Notes: generated by a model not told the origin, from the sequence alone. 64,000 nt of DNA from a bacterium (GCA_963693055.1 OY843751.1:1920001-1984000); one strand, 5' to 3'. Positions 21,456-32,193 are shown, counted from the first letter of the stretch. A program made the numbers and translations.

Positions 21456-21479
21456 TTTATATAGGATTGTTGTACGCGT

Positions 21480-23048
21480 ATGTTTAAGATAATTCGTAAA
21501 ATTACATTACTGCTATTACTTGTTGGATTTTTTAGTTCGGTTTTTTCGGGTCAATATAACATATTGGATTATGGTGCAGTTGGAGACTCTCAATTTTTGA
21601 ATACCCGTGCAATCCAGACTGCAATTGATGCCTGTACTAAATCCGGAGGTGGGACTGTACTTGTGCCGGCGGGTACCTGGTTGACCGGAACGCTACTACT
21701 AAAAGACAACGTGTCCCTTTTTTTAGAATCCGGTGCTACACTTTTGGGCAGTCCCTATTTACGTGATTATCCCCTTACCATACCCGCAATTCGTTCTTAT
21801 ACTGACAATTACACAAACAAGAGTCTGATTTACGCAGAGTATGCAGAAAATATATCCATATTAGGCCAAGGTACAATCAATGGCCAAGGCGAGCTGTTTA
21901 CCGGAGATTATAAAACACGGCCTTATCTCATCCGCATGATAGGCTGCTCGAATGTTACGGTGAAAAACATTTCTTTGCTGCACTCACCCATGTGGGTACA
22001 GCATTATCTCGAATGTGATCATGTTTTGATAGACGGGATAACCGTGCGCAGTTTGAAAGAGCAGAATAATGACGGTATCGACATTGATAGCTGCCATTTT
22101 GTGCGCATTGCCAATTGCGATATCGACAGTGGCGATGATGCAATTGTGTTGAAAAGTACAACGAACCGTATTTGCAGGGATGTTGTGGTTACAAATTGTA
22201 TTTTGAAATCGCAGGCCAGTGCGTTAAAATGCGGGACTGAATCCAATGGCGGATTTGAAAATATTACCATTGACAACTGTGTTGTTCGCGACACTCGTCG
22301 TTCAGGTATCGCCCTGGAGATGGTGGATGGTGGTATTATGGACCGGGTAACCGTATCTAATATCATTGTTGAGAATTCTGGCAGTGCGATATTTGTGCGC
22401 CTTGCCAATCGGGCACGCCCCATTAATGCAGAAAGAGGGCGGTCTTATAATGATTTAAAACGACCGGGTATGGGGACTATGCGAAATATTATGATCAGCA
22501 ATGTACAGGCAACCGGTATTGACAGTATTGGCTCATCCATAACCGGGCAACCAGGGCACCCCATAGAAAACATAATGCTTGAGAATATTCGCATTCAATA
22601 CAATGGCGGCGGTACACGTGAACATGCTGCGAGAGATGTGGGTGAATACCCGGAATCGTATCCTGAATATGATCGCTTGGGCGGCCCATTACCCGCGTAT
22701 GGATTTTATTGTCGTCATGTGAATAATTTGAAATTGGAAAATATAGAGGTTACCTTTGCTCAGGACGATGAGCGTCCGGCTCTGGTTTGTGACGATGTAA
22801 AGCAATTAAAGGTTTTAGATTATAATGCAAAATTATTGCGTAATGTTAATGCAATGATTTATTTTAAAAATGTACAGGATGCATATGTTTCAGATTGCAG
22901 CTCCTTTACTTCGGTTCAACATTTGATTTGGGTAAAAGGTGAACATACACGCCGGATTGTAATTGATGAAAAGAATCCCTGGAAGGTCAACAAAATACTA
23001 GAAATGGATTCAAATGTGTCAAAAAAGGAAATAAAATTTTACAAATGA
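21480..23048 (+). CDS. GH28 polygalacturonase-family glycoside hydrolase
   Basis: YNILDYGAVGD, NNDGIDID, GDDAIVLKS and KCGTES motifs. Signal peptide. Confidence 0.92.
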   Translation: MFKIIRKITLLLLLVGFFSSVFSGQYNILDYGAVGDSQFLNTRAIQTAIDACTKSGGGTVLVPAGTWLTGTLLLKDNVSLFLESGATLLGSPYLRDYPLTIPAIRSYTDNYTNKSLIYAEYAENISILGQGTINGQGELFTGDYKTRPYLIRMIGCSNVTVKNISLLHSPMWVQHYLECDHVLIDGITVRSLKEQNNDGIDIDSCHFVRIANCDIDSGDDAIVLKSTTNRICRDVVVTNCILKSQASALKCGTESNGGFENITIDNCVVRDTRRSGIALEMVDGGIMDRVTVSNIIVENSGSAIFVRLANRARPINAERGRSYNDLKRPGMGTMRNIMISNVQATGIDSIGSSITGQPGHPIENIMLENIRIQYNGGGTREHAARDVGEYPESYPEYDRLGGPLPAYGFYCRHVNNLKLENIEVTFAQDDERPALVCDDVKQLKVLDYNAKLLRNVNAMIYFKNVQDAYVSDCSSFTSVQHLIWVKGEHTRRIVIDEKNPWKVNKILEMDSNVSKKEIKFYK

Positions 23049-23084
23049 TCATAGAATTATGTTTTGATTGAGAAAGGCTGTACT

Positions 23085-25859
23085 ATGAAAAAGTTGCTCG
23101 TTCTTTCCATTTTACTGTTTTGCGCAGAGGTGTTTGCTATGCCGGACATGAGCTATTTACCTGAATTAAACGGAACACATGATCTGAGTCTGCCGGATTG
23201 GGGTCCCTATACCAAACGATACATTGGTGTATCTCATATTACTGATGTGGATCAGGGGACCCGTTTTGATCTGAGCGTGTTCCCCGGTTATTACCGTCGT
23301 AAGGTATTTGTGCCTAATGTATTTTACGAATCAGGATACCATCCCTGGGAAGCGTCTCCAAATTTTGAGTATTTCAGTTTTCGTCATGAAATCGAATGGC
23401 AGGATGAGGTCTATACCGATGTTTCTTATTCAGAGATTGACAAAAATTCCCGACTGGTGCGTGTGGAATGTGTAAATAATACGGATTTGAACCAGAGCCT
23501 GGCGCTGCATTTTATGGCGTCTCTGCATTTTCCACCTATCAAGGCATACAGCCCTTATACACCACTGTACATGGGGTTGATTACGCTGCCGGCAAAAGCA
23601 GTCTGGATTGACGCACTGGACTATCAGGATTTGACCTTTATTAATCCTCGTCCACAGGACAATCTGGTATACGATGGTAAGATGCGTGCAGAGATCCGAG
23701 ATGATGGATTTGTAAATGGATCAGGAATTGGACTTGGCTTTGGTGCGGACAAGGGCGATAAAGTCAGCTATGTCATCAAGACCGATGTACCGGTTGATGA
23801 CGCTGTATTATACATCCGTTATAATATGAGCAAAAACCACAGTGTAACTTTTAATGTGACTGGAATGGTTACTGCCAATTTAACCTTATCCGGTAATGGT
23901 GATTTTGCATACCAAACTATTGATCTTGGCAAGGTGTATCCTGGTTCTCAGTTGATTACCCTGGAATCACAGGGAGGAAGTGCAGTTGAGCTGGATGGGA
24001 TGACTGTGATATCAAAACCGGATGTAAAATCAATCAATATTGTCAATAAAGACTGGGACCCGGTCCCGGAAATTCTTGATGGCCCAACAAAGAATTCTAT
24101 AATCCTGAAATACAAAGATATTGATCTTTATTATGGTATTTCATGGGATTTTGACATGTTCCAGATCCGTGAATGGTATATGCGTGACCTGGGTGATTAT
24201 TTTAAACAAATGAGCAATGAACATGTAAAGACGGTCTTTAAAGGAGAAGGAAAAGGCCATTTTACCAATATCTTTTTCAGACCCGTTAATATTGAGCCTC
24301 GCTCCACCAAGATTATAAACGGACTGGTTTGTTGTGGAACCAAAGAAAAAGTGGAAAGCTATCTGAGTGACAATAGCAATACCGCTGAAAAATATGATTC
24401 TATTTATAAAGATGCGCGATCTCATCTGGTTAATTTGGATGCTAATCCTGAAGGTGAAAAATACAAGTTTAGTATAGAGCGCATGACCGCTACTACAACC
24501 TGCAACGTGGTATATCCGGTGTATACTCAGAAACAATATATCCGTCACAGTGCTCCCGGTCGCTGGTGGGATTGTTTGTATACCTGGGATTCCGGATTTA
24601 TTGGTATTGGACTGTTACAATTAGATGAACGTCGTGCAGTAGAAAACTTGAATGCTTATGTGAACGAACCCGGAGCACAGTCTGCATTCATCCATCATGG
24701 TACACCGGTCCCGGTTCAGCATTACCTGTTTCTCGAGTTGTGGAACCAGCTCCAGTCCACCAAATATTTGGAATATTTTTATCCCCGTTTAAAACAATAT
24801 CACGAATTTATGGCCGGCCGTCTGGGTAGTTCTTCAACCCGTACAATGAAATCTAATTTATTAAAAACCTGGGACTATTTTTACAATTCAGGTGGCTGGG
24901 ATGATTATCCTCCTCAAAAATATCTACATGAACAGCGCTGGGAAAGTAATGTTACGCCGGTTGTTACAACCGCGCATGTAATACGTACCGCTAAAATCCT
25001 GAAAATGGCTGCAACACAATTGGGTCTGACCCAGGATATTAAGGCGTACGATAAAGATATTGAAATGTTTTCCAAGGCACTGCAAAAATACTCGTGGGAT
25101 GAGGATTCTGGTTATTTTGGTTACGTAGTGCACAATGAAAAGGGCAAACCCGAACATATTATGAAATATGAAGATAAAGTGAATTATAATATGGGGCTCG
25201 GTGGAGCGTATCCCTTGTTCTCTGGTATTTGTGATGACGAGCAGAAGCAGATCCTGTTGGAAAAATTGAAATCCGATAAACATATCTGGTCGCAGGTTGG
25301 ATTGTCTGCTGTTGATCAATCCGCACCTTATTATCGCACAGATGGGTACTGGAACGGTACGGTTTGGTTGTCTCATCAATGGTTTTTCTGGAAATCCATG
25401 CTGGATCTGGGTGAAGGCGAGTTTGCTTTCAAGATTGCCAAAACCGCACTCGAAACCTGGAAACGCGAAGTTGAAGCCTCATATACATGTGCTGAGCATT
25501 TCCTCATTGAAACCGGACGCGGGGCCGGGTGGCACGAGTTTGGCGGACTCTCTGCACCGGTACTGGATTGGTATACGTCCTATTTTCGTCCCGGTCATTT
25601 AACAACCGGTCTGGATGTTTGGACGAACCAAACTGTATTTGATAAGGATAACACCGAATTAAGTACAGAATTTGACATTTTTAGTGATGATAACAAGACC
25701 TGCTCTGTTGTGGTATGTATGAATCCGGAATATTCATATAAAGCTGTATGGAACGGTGTTGAGGTACCGGTTAACGAGTTTGCAAAAGGAACATTGAGTA
25801 TTGATCTGCCGATCGAAAAACTGGAACACGGTTCTTTAAAGGTTACCAAGGCAAATTAA
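23085..25859 (+). CDS. MGH1/GH63/trehalase-like (alpha/alpha)6 glycoside hydrolase with internal CBM-like module
   Basis: LYTWDSGF, SGGWDDYP, YWNGTVW and EHF motifs. Signal peptide from ATG 23085, preceded by an aaagg RBS. Confidence 0.75.
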   Translation: MKKLLVLSILLFCAEVFAMPDMSYLPELNGTHDLSLPDWGPYTKRYIGVSHITDVDQGTRFDLSVFPGYYRRKVFVPNVFYESGYHPWEASPNFEYFSFRHEIEWQDEVYTDVSYSEIDKNSRLVRVECVNNTDLNQSLALHFMASLHFPPIKAYSPYTPLYMGLITLPAKAVWIDALDYQDLTFINPRPQDNLVYDGKMRAEIRDDGFVNGSGIGLGFGADKGDKVSYVIKTDVPVDDAVLYIRYNMSKNHSVTFNVTGMVTANLTLSGNGDFAYQTIDLGKVYPGSQLITLESQGGSAVELDGMTVISKPDVKSINIVNKDWDPVPEILDGPTKNSIILKYKDIDLYYGISWDFDMFQIREWYMRDLGDYFKQMSNEHVKTVFKGEGKGHFTNIFFRPVNIEPRSTKIINGLVCCGTKEKVESYLSDNSNTAEKYDSIYKDARSHLVNLDANPEGEKYKFSIERMTATTTCNVVYPVYTQKQYIRHSAPGRWWDCLYTWDSGFIGIGLLQLDERRAVENLNAYVNEPGAQSAFIHHGTPVPVQHYLFLELWNQLQSTKYLEYFYPRLKQYHEFMAGRLGSSSTRTMKSNLLKTWDYFYNSGGWDDYPPQKYLHEQRWESNVTPVVTTAHVIRTAKILKMAATQLGLTQDIKAYDKDIEMFSKALQKYSWDEDSGYFGYVVHNEKGKPEHIMKYEDKVNYNMGLGGAYPLFSGICDDEQKQILLEKLKSDKHIWSQVGLSAVDQSAPYYRTDGYWNGTVWLSHQWFFWKSMLDLGEGEFAFKIAKTALETWKREVEASYTCAEHFLIETGRGAGWHEFGGLSAPVLDWYTSYFRPGHLTTGLDVWTNQTVFDKDNTELSTEFDIFSDDNKTCSVVVCMNPEYSYKAVWNGVEVPVNEFAKGTLSIDLPIEKLEHGSLKVTKAN

Positions 25860-25868
25860 AATTGATTG

Positions 25869-25905
25869 AAAAGGATCGGTAGTGAAAATAGCCGATCTTT
25901 TTTTT
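25869..25905 (+). terminator. Rho-independent terminator
   Basis: aaaaggatcggt...gccgatctttttttt. Confidence 0.7.
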
Positions 25906-25907
25906 AT

Positions 25908-25936
25908 TTGCTATTCAGTGTTTTTTTTAGTATGGT
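25908..25936 (+). promoter_or_regulatory. Sigma70-like promoter for DUF1080 operon
   Basis: TTGCTA-17 bp-TATGGT, just after the terminator and upstream of ATG 25971. Confidence 0.45.
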
Positions 25937-25970
25937 AAAAAATGAGTAAGAAAAGGGAAGAGAGGCGTTT

Positions 25971-26669
25971 ATGAAGAAATTGATTTTTGCAATATTTATA
26001 ATGGTGTTTTTATTTCTTGTATCATGCTCGCAGCAACAAGAGTGGAAACCCTTATTTGATGGTAAAACATTTGACGGTTGGAGAGGACTGAATCGTACAT
26101 CTATACCGGATTCCGGTTGGGTTATTAAAGACGGTATGATTAAATGTACCGGTGTACCTGGAAGTGGTGATATCATTACTGAAAAGGAATATGGACAATT
26201 TGAATTCAAGTTTGAATGGAAAATGATCACCAAGGGCGGCAACAGCGGAATCAAATATTTTGTTGTTGAAGAACTTAGCACAGGTCATGGCGGTATAGGG
26301 TTGGAATTTCAGCTTCTTGATGATTTAAACCACCCCATGATGCAGGAAGGTACCATGAAACCCAATGATTATCATACTACGGGTGCTTTGTATGAATTGT
26401 ATGCTCCCAGTGAAGATAAAGTATTGCATCCCTATGGTGAATGGAACCAGGGGAAAATCGTATCAAAAGGAAAGCATTTGGAGCACTGGTTGAATGGCAA
26501 ACTGGTAATGGAGTGTGAACGCGGCAGCGATGATTTTCAGGCAAGAGTCGCTAAAAGTAAATTCAAGAAATATCCTGATTTTGCATTATCAGAAACCGGT
26601 CATATCTTGATCCAAAATCATAGCAGTCAAACAGTACTACGAAACCTATTCATTCGCGAATTAAAGTAA
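25971..26669 (+). CDS. DUF1080 (3-keto-disaccharide hydrolase-like) lipoprotein
   Basis: WKPLFDGKTFDGW, NSGIKY, EFQLLD, GEWN and GHILIQNH motifs. Lipobox LVSC. Confidence 0.9.
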   Translation: MKKLIFAIFIMVFLFLVSCSQQQEWKPLFDGKTFDGWRGLNRTSIPDSGWVIKDGMIKCTGVPGSGDIITEKEYGQFEFKFEWKMITKGGNSGIKYFVVEELSTGHGGIGLEFQLLDDLNHPMMQEGTMKPNDYHTTGALYELYAPSEDKVLHPYGEWNQGKIVSKGKHLEHWLNGKLVMECERGSDDFQARVAKSKFKKYPDFALSETGHILIQNHSSQTVLRNLFIRELK

Positions 26670-26678
26670 GGAACTTTC

Positions 26679-27824
26679 ATGACTTCAAGAGAACGATTGC
26701 TAACGGCGCTGAATCATCAGGAACCGGATCGGGTGCCTATTGACCTTGCCAGTGTGCAGGTAACTGGTATTTCTGCCATTGCCTATAACAGATTAAGAGA
26801 TTATTTGGGATTGGATGCTCGTGAACCTCAGATTTGCGATGCTATTCAGCAAATCTGTATCCCTCACGATGATGTATATGATAAATATGGTATAGATACA
26901 CGGGGCCTTTGGCCGTTAATGAACCATATGGATTTTACAGATACCGATGAAGGTGAATATTTTGCTCATATTGATGAATGGAGATTTGCCTATCGTCGTA
27001 AAAAAGAAGCGTTTTGGTACGATCTGTACAAATCACCCATGGAAAATGATACGCTTTCAGCAGAATTGATTGATAATTTTCCTTTCCCAAAAGGTGATGA
27101 AAAAAGACGCATCGAAGGACTCAAAGCTCAGGCACAAGCTTATCGTGATCAGGGATATGCAGTCGTTTTGAAAAGTATTTGTGCTGGTTTATTTGAAATG
27201 ATGATACGACTGCGGGGAATGCAGAATGCCATGATCGATCTTATGATGGACCCTGTTAACTCGGGGAAATTAATAGATCGTATTCTTGAGCATAAAATAG
27301 AGTTCTTTGAAATGGCCCTCGAAGAACTGGGTGATCTGGTAGATGTTGTTGCTGAAGGTGATGACTTTGGCACACAGGCCTCACAATTGATTTCGCTGGA
27401 TACCTGGAGGGATATTTTCAAACCCCGTCAGGCTGAATTGATACAAACCATGCATAAAAAAGCGCCCAATGCCAAAGTGTTTTTTCATTCCTGCGGCAAT
27501 ATTCGTCCGTTTTTGCCCGAGTTTATTGAAATGGGTATTGATATCATCAATCCCGTGCATATAACTGCTGACGGCATGGAACCCAAACAACTCAAAAAGG
27601 ATTTTGGTAAGGATGTTGTGTTTTGGGGCGGAGGTGTTGATACCCAGGGTACATTGCCCAATGGTACCCCGGATGAGGTTCGTGAACAAGTGAAACGTTT
27701 GATCGATATTTTTGCTGAAGGTGGTGGTTTTGTTTTTAATACAATCCATAATATTCAGGCAGACGTACCGCCACAAAATATAGTTGCCATGTATGAAACT
27801 GTTCTCGAATTCGGGAATAAATAA
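26679..27824 (+). CDS. Uroporphyrinogen decarboxylase (URO-D/MtaA-CmuA) family protein
   Basis: MTSRERLLTALNHQEPDRVP, GDDFG, FHSCG, GGGVDTQ and HNIQADVPPQN motifs. Confidence 0.88.
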   Translation: MTSRERLLTALNHQEPDRVPIDLASVQVTGISAIAYNRLRDYLGLDAREPQICDAIQQICIPHDDVYDKYGIDTRGLWPLMNHMDFTDTDEGEYFAHIDEWRFAYRRKKEAFWYDLYKSPMENDTLSAELIDNFPFPKGDEKRRIEGLKAQAQAYRDQGYAVVLKSICAGLFEMMIRLRGMQNAMIDLMMDPVNSGKLIDRILEHKIEFFEMALEELGDLVDVVAEGDDFGTQASQLISLDTWRDIFKPRQAELIQTMHKKAPNAKVFFHSCGNIRPFLPEFIEMGIDIINPVHITADGMEPKQLKKDFGKDVVFWGGGVDTQGTLPNGTPDEVREQVKRLIDIFAEGGGFVFNTIHNIQADVPPQNIVAMYETVLEFGNK

Positions 27825-27871
27825 AGTCTGCTAGTACTCTTTCACCGGTTAATATAAACCAAAGGAGTAGT

Positions 27872-29080
27872 ATGGAAAATTCTAAATCCTCATTTCGCTG
27901 GATCGTATTGATTTTGTTGTTTGCCGGTACCACGATAAATTATCTTGATCGTATTGTTTTTTCTGTTCTTTTACCTGAAATTCAAAAAGAAATAGCTATT
28001 GATCCTGTTGTTTATGGATATATACTAGGTTCATTCCAATTTACCTATACCATAGGTTTGTTGGGGATTGGTTTTGTTATAGATAAACTGGGAACAAAGC
28101 TGGGATATTTTATATCCATGGTGTTATGGTCATTATCCGGTGCCTTTACAGGATTTTGTAACACAGGTGTGAGTCTGGCCGCCTGGCGAGGTGTTTTTGG
28201 TCTTGCCGCATCCGGTAATTTTCCGGCTGCAATCAAATCTGTTTCCGAATGGTTTGAGGTAAAAGACAGAGCTTTTGCTACATCCCTGTTTAATAGTGGT
28301 GCAAGTATATCTTCCATCATCGGTGCGCCACTGGTACTGCTGATTGTAAGTCTTGCCGGTTGGAGATGGGCCTTTGTTGCTTTTGGTGCTTTAGGAATTA
28401 TTTTGGCAATTTTTTGGCAATTGTTATATAAAAAACCTGCAGTATCTTTGGAATCAACCCAAACTGTTGTCAAAGTGAAATGGTCTGAATTATTAAAACA
28501 AAAACAAACCATAGGTATTATGATTGGCAAGTTTCTAACTGATCCGGTTTGGTGGTTTTATCTCTATTGGATGCCCACTTATCTGAATACTCAGCGAGGA
28601 TTCAACCTTAGAGATATTGCCATAGCAATTCCGGTGATTTATATACTTGCTACATTGATGGGATTTGCCGGTGGTTGGTTACCGCGATACCTCATACAAA
28701 AGGGAATGACTGTTGAAAAAGCCCGCAAAACAACCATGCTGATCAGTGCATCTTTACTTCCAATAACTGCATTTGCTGTAATTGCCAACAGCCCCTGGGT
28801 AGCAATTTTACTTGTGAGTCTGGCATGTGGCGCGCATAACAGTTGGTCAGCCAATATATTTACCATGTGTAGTGATTGTTTTTCAACCCGGTCTGTAGGA
28901 TCGGTAACCGGACTTGCAGGGTTTGCCGGCGGTTTTGGTGGAATTCTACTATCTGCTTTAATCCCCGGCTTTGTTGTACAATATTTTGGTTATGTTCCTG
29001 TATTTATTTTAATGGGGATCTTGCATCCCCTGGCGTATGTATTTATAAAAACATTTGTAACATATAATATAGAGGAGTGA
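27872..29080 (+). CDS. ExuT-like (hexuronate/ACS family) MFS transporter
   Basis: RW..L, INYLDR, GNFPAAIKSVSEWF and DPVWWFYLYWMP motifs. Confidence 0.9.
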   Translation: MENSKSSFRWIVLILLFAGTTINYLDRIVFSVLLPEIQKEIAIDPVVYGYILGSFQFTYTIGLLGIGFVIDKLGTKLGYFISMVLWSLSGAFTGFCNTGVSLAAWRGVFGLAASGNFPAAIKSVSEWFEVKDRAFATSLFNSGASISSIIGAPLVLLIVSLAGWRWAFVAFGALGIILAIFWQLLYKKPAVSLESTQTVVKVKWSELLKQKQTIGIMIGKFLTDPVWWFYLYWMPTYLNTQRGFNLRDIAIAIPVIYILATLMGFAGGWLPRYLIQKGMTVEKARKTTMLISASLLPITAFAVIANSPWVAILLVSLACGAHNSWSANIFTMCSDCFSTRSVGSVTGLAGFAGGFGGILLSALIPGFVVQYFGYVPVFILMGILHPLAYVFIKTFVTYNIEE

Positions 29081-29084
29081 AATC

Positions 29085-30455
29085 ATGGGTGATATGAAAA
29101 GAAGAACATTTGTAAAATCTACAGCGGCAACAGCAGCTGGTGCCATGCTGTGGGGAACATCAAAGTCTTGGGCAGGTGCCAATGACCGCGTCAATGTGGC
29201 ACAAATTGGTATCCGTGGTATGGGACGAACCCATATTAAAGCTTATAATGAACTTGAGAATGTTCGTATTACTGCTTTATGTGATATTGATGAAAATCTG
29301 TTCGCAGAACGCGAAAAAGAGTTTTTTGCGGACCACAATCGTCCTATTCCCAAACGTTATATTGATATGCGAGAGATGTTTGAAGACAAGGATATTGATG
29401 CGGTATCCATTACTACCCCCAACCACTGGCATACGTTGGCGGCTATCTGGGCAATGCAGGCTGGTAAACATGTTTCCGTAGAGAAACCCTGCTGCCATAA
29501 TATTTTCGAAGGCAAGCAATTAGTCAAAGCTGCAAAGAAATATGGCGTGGTTGTGCAGGATGGTGCTGAACAGCGTAGTAATCCGTGTTCTCAATCCATG
29601 GCTGAATATCTTCACAGCGGCAAATTGGGTGAAGTTTATTTAGCAAAGGGATTGTGCTACAAGTGGCGTGATACCATTTTGAAAACACCGGACGAGCCCG
29701 TACCTGCTGGTGTGAATTATGATCTTTGGCTGGGACCAGCCCCCAAGCGTCCATTTTCACAGAACCGTTTTCATTACAAATGGCACTGGAACTGGGAATA
29801 CGGTAATGGAGACATGGGTAACCAGGGTGTGCATGAAATGGACGTTGCCCGCTGGGGATTGGGAGTAAAGCTGCCCACAAAAATCTCTGCAATTGGCGGA
29901 CATTTTATGTTTGACGATGATCAGAATACACCCAATACCTTGATGGCCATGTTTGAATTCCCGAATCCAAATGGTGGTGATGACAAGAAAAAAATATTAC
30001 AGTTTGAAACCAGACACTGGATCACCAATAATGAAGGTGAATTGAGCCCGGGATTCAACCTCAAAGATGACAAGGGTGGTTATATGATGTCTAACGTCAA
30101 TGTAATTGGTGATTTATTCTATGGATCTAAGGGTTATATGCGTAAATCTGTTGAAACCTGGGAAGCCTTTCATGGTAAACACCGTGAACCTGCAGAAACA
30201 GGTAGTGGATTGGGTAATCATTATCAGAATTATATTGATGCCATTCGCGCCAATGATCCTTCATTGCTGACCGCTCCCATTGAAGAAGGATTTTATTCCT
30301 GTGCATTGATCCATCTGGCAAACATTTCTTATCGTTTGGGACGTACCATTGATTTTGATCCAGAAACGCAAGAGATCTTGAATGACAGAGAAGCACAAGC
30401 CATGATGACCCGTGAATATCGTGCACCGTTTATTGTTCCGGAAATTACATTATAA
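29085..30455 (+). CDS. Tat-exported Gfo/Idh/MocA family oxidoreductase
   Basis: KRRTFVK Tat motif, GIRGMG, TPNHWH, VEKP, WLGPAP, GVHEMD. Confidence 0.92.
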   Translation: MGDMKRRTFVKSTAATAAGAMLWGTSKSWAGANDRVNVAQIGIRGMGRTHIKAYNELENVRITALCDIDENLFAEREKEFFADHNRPIPKRYIDMREMFEDKDIDAVSITTPNHWHTLAAIWAMQAGKHVSVEKPCCHNIFEGKQLVKAAKKYGVVVQDGAEQRSNPCSQSMAEYLHSGKLGEVYLAKGLCYKWRDTILKTPDEPVPAGVNYDLWLGPAPKRPFSQNRFHYKWHWNWEYGNGDMGNQGVHEMDVARWGLGVKLPTKISAIGGHFMFDDDQNTPNTLMAMFEFPNPNGGDDKKKILQFETRHWITNNEGELSPGFNLKDDKGGYMMSNVNVIGDLFYGSKGYMRKSVETWEAFHGKHREPAETGSGLGNHYQNYIDAIRANDPSLLTAPIEEGFYSCALIHLANISYRLGRTIDFDPETQEILNDREAQAMMTREYRAPFIVPEITL

Positions 30456-32020
30456 TGCTAAAATATTTAATTAAATTTCTGCTGCCTGTTTTACTTTTAC
30501 TGCAATCTGTTTACGGGCAGCAGCAAATAAAGCCTACATCCTATACCGGTTATGTTCAACAGTGTGTTGAAAACCTGATGAAATATGGTACGGACCGGTA
30601 TGGAAAGATTCATGCGCCAATACTGGTCAGTATTCTGGATGTTGAAACACTGCAATGCCCGGAAAATCCATTGCCATTGGATGAGGCATGGCGGGTGACC
30701 CGGCGTGATCGTCGGAACCCTGCCGGCGCCAATCTATTACCGGATCAGCCCATGTTGAGGGCCATGTACTATTTAACAGACATAACCGGAAAACAGGATT
30801 ATGCGGATTTTGCCCGGTATTCGACGCGTTATTATATCCAAAACTTGTTGGATGATAAAAACATGTTCTGGTGGGGATGGCACCGCCATTATGATGTTTT
30901 TAAAGACATCATGACAGGCCATAGCGGCAATCATCATGAAATTCAGGCGGTACATTCCATTGACTGGCCTTATTTGTGGAATGCGGATTCTCTGGCGGTA
31001 ACCCGGGAGATTGAAGCAATCTGGAAATGGCATGTGATTGATAAACGAACCTGCGAAGTAAACCGTCATAACGATGGTAAACCGGGATGCGATTTTAGTA
31101 TGAGCGCAGGTGCGTATATTGAAGCCTTTACTTTTATGTATGTAAAAACTGGAAATGAGGAGTGGCTGGAGCGGGCCAAAGGACTGGCACAATACTATTG
31201 GGACCGCAGAAATCCCAAAAGTAACCTGTTCCCGGATCGGCCAAACGCCGGTACAGACCGGTTTGATGGCGATGCGTTTGTAACATCCATACCCTCTTTA
31301 TTTGGTCATTCATTGTTAAAAGCATACACCCTGACAGGTGAGACAATGTTTCGTGATTATGCTGTAGCGGTTTTAAAAGCCTATGCAAAGTATGGCTACG
31401 ATTCGAATAGCGGTAAATTCTGGGGTGCGCTCGATCTGGAAGGAAATCCTATACCCGGTCCACGTACATTGGGCGATTATGCGCAATACGAACCCCGTGG
31501 ACATTTGGATTTGTGGGAGCCCTATCTGTTGGGTTATCAGTACCCGGTTTATACCGCACAAATCTATGCGTACGCGTACCAGCTTACGAGTGAAAAAGTT
31601 TTTCTAACAACAGCCCAGCGATTTGAGGACTGGATCGCCAAAACACCCGTTGGAATGATTGAAACAGATAAAACCTGGTATACGGATTATACGAATACAT
31701 TTGGTAAAAAAGGTACATATGCGGATAAATATGGCCGAATTATTGCTTTTTATTTAAACATGTTCATGATCACCGGTAAAAACCAGTATCTTGAACAGGC
31801 ACAACAAGTAGCTGATACCGCTATTGAAAAACTCTATGTGCATGGGGTATTCAAAGGTCACCCGGCGAAACCCTATTACGAGTCTGTGGATGGTGTTGGG
31901 TATTTAATGTGTGCGTTACTGGAATTGGACCAGGTTTTAATCAACCCAAACCAGGCCCTGAAAAAGAAAAAAGTAATGATCGGCAATTCCGATAAATCTA
32001 TACCTGCCGATCTCTGGTAA
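30455..32020 (+). CDS. Secreted alpha/alpha-barrel protein, distantly PL2 pectate-lyase-like
   Basis: Signal peptide. DRYG, WWGWHRH and WKWHV..NRH resemble the PL2 motifs YWGGHR and WNAHV..RH (from recall). Start overlaps the upstream stop codon. Confidence 0.55.
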   Translation: MLKYLIKFLLPVLLLLQSVYGQQQIKPTSYTGYVQQCVENLMKYGTDRYGKIHAPILVSILDVETLQCPENPLPLDEAWRVTRRDRRNPAGANLLPDQPMLRAMYYLTDITGKQDYADFARYSTRYYIQNLLDDKNMFWWGWHRHYDVFKDIMTGHSGNHHEIQAVHSIDWPYLWNADSLAVTREIEAIWKWHVIDKRTCEVNRHNDGKPGCDFSMSAGAYIEAFTFMYVKTGNEEWLERAKGLAQYYWDRRNPKSNLFPDRPNAGTDRFDGDAFVTSIPSLFGHSLLKAYTLTGETMFRDYAVAVLKAYAKYGYDSNSGKFWGALDLEGNPIPGPRTLGDYAQYEPRGHLDLWEPYLLGYQYPVYTAQIYAYAYQLTSEKVFLTTAQRFEDWIAKTPVGMIETDKTWYTDYTNTFGKKGTYADKYGRIIAFYLNMFMITGKNQYLEQAQQVADTAIEKLYVHGVFKGHPAKPYYESVDGVGYLMCALLELDQVLINPNQALKKKKVMIGNSDKSIPADLW

Positions 32021-32027
32021 CGTATAG

Positions 32028-32099
32028 AAACGGATGATGTATGGTAGGACCTTTGAGTGGATACCTCCGGGGAGGTCAATCCGCTCGCATCATCCGTTT
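32028..32099. repeat. Long hairpin / REP-like element between convergent genes
   Basis: 12-bp IR aaacggatgatg / catcatccgttt enclosing the palindrome acctccggggaggt. Followed by a T-run. Confidence 0.65.
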
Positions 32100-32102
32100 T
32101 TT

Positions 32103-32193
32103 TTATGTTGTATGAGATTTTACAGCGTTCACAAAGGCCTGCATCTGTTCTGTCGTAACTCCCGGCGGCATTCCAACCGCACAGGAAAAAATG
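32103..32193 (-). pseudogene. Orphan 3' fragment of URO-D gene (direct repeat of 33301-33376)
   Basis: 32118-32193 matches 33301-33376 at 69/76 nt. On the minus strand it reads IFSCAVGMPPGVTTEQMQAFVNAVKSHTT-stop. Confidence 0.85.

Noticed and set aside
26679-27824. Calling the URO-D proteins hemE
   Set aside because: They lack the HemE MRQAGR motif, and no tetrapyrrole genes are nearby.
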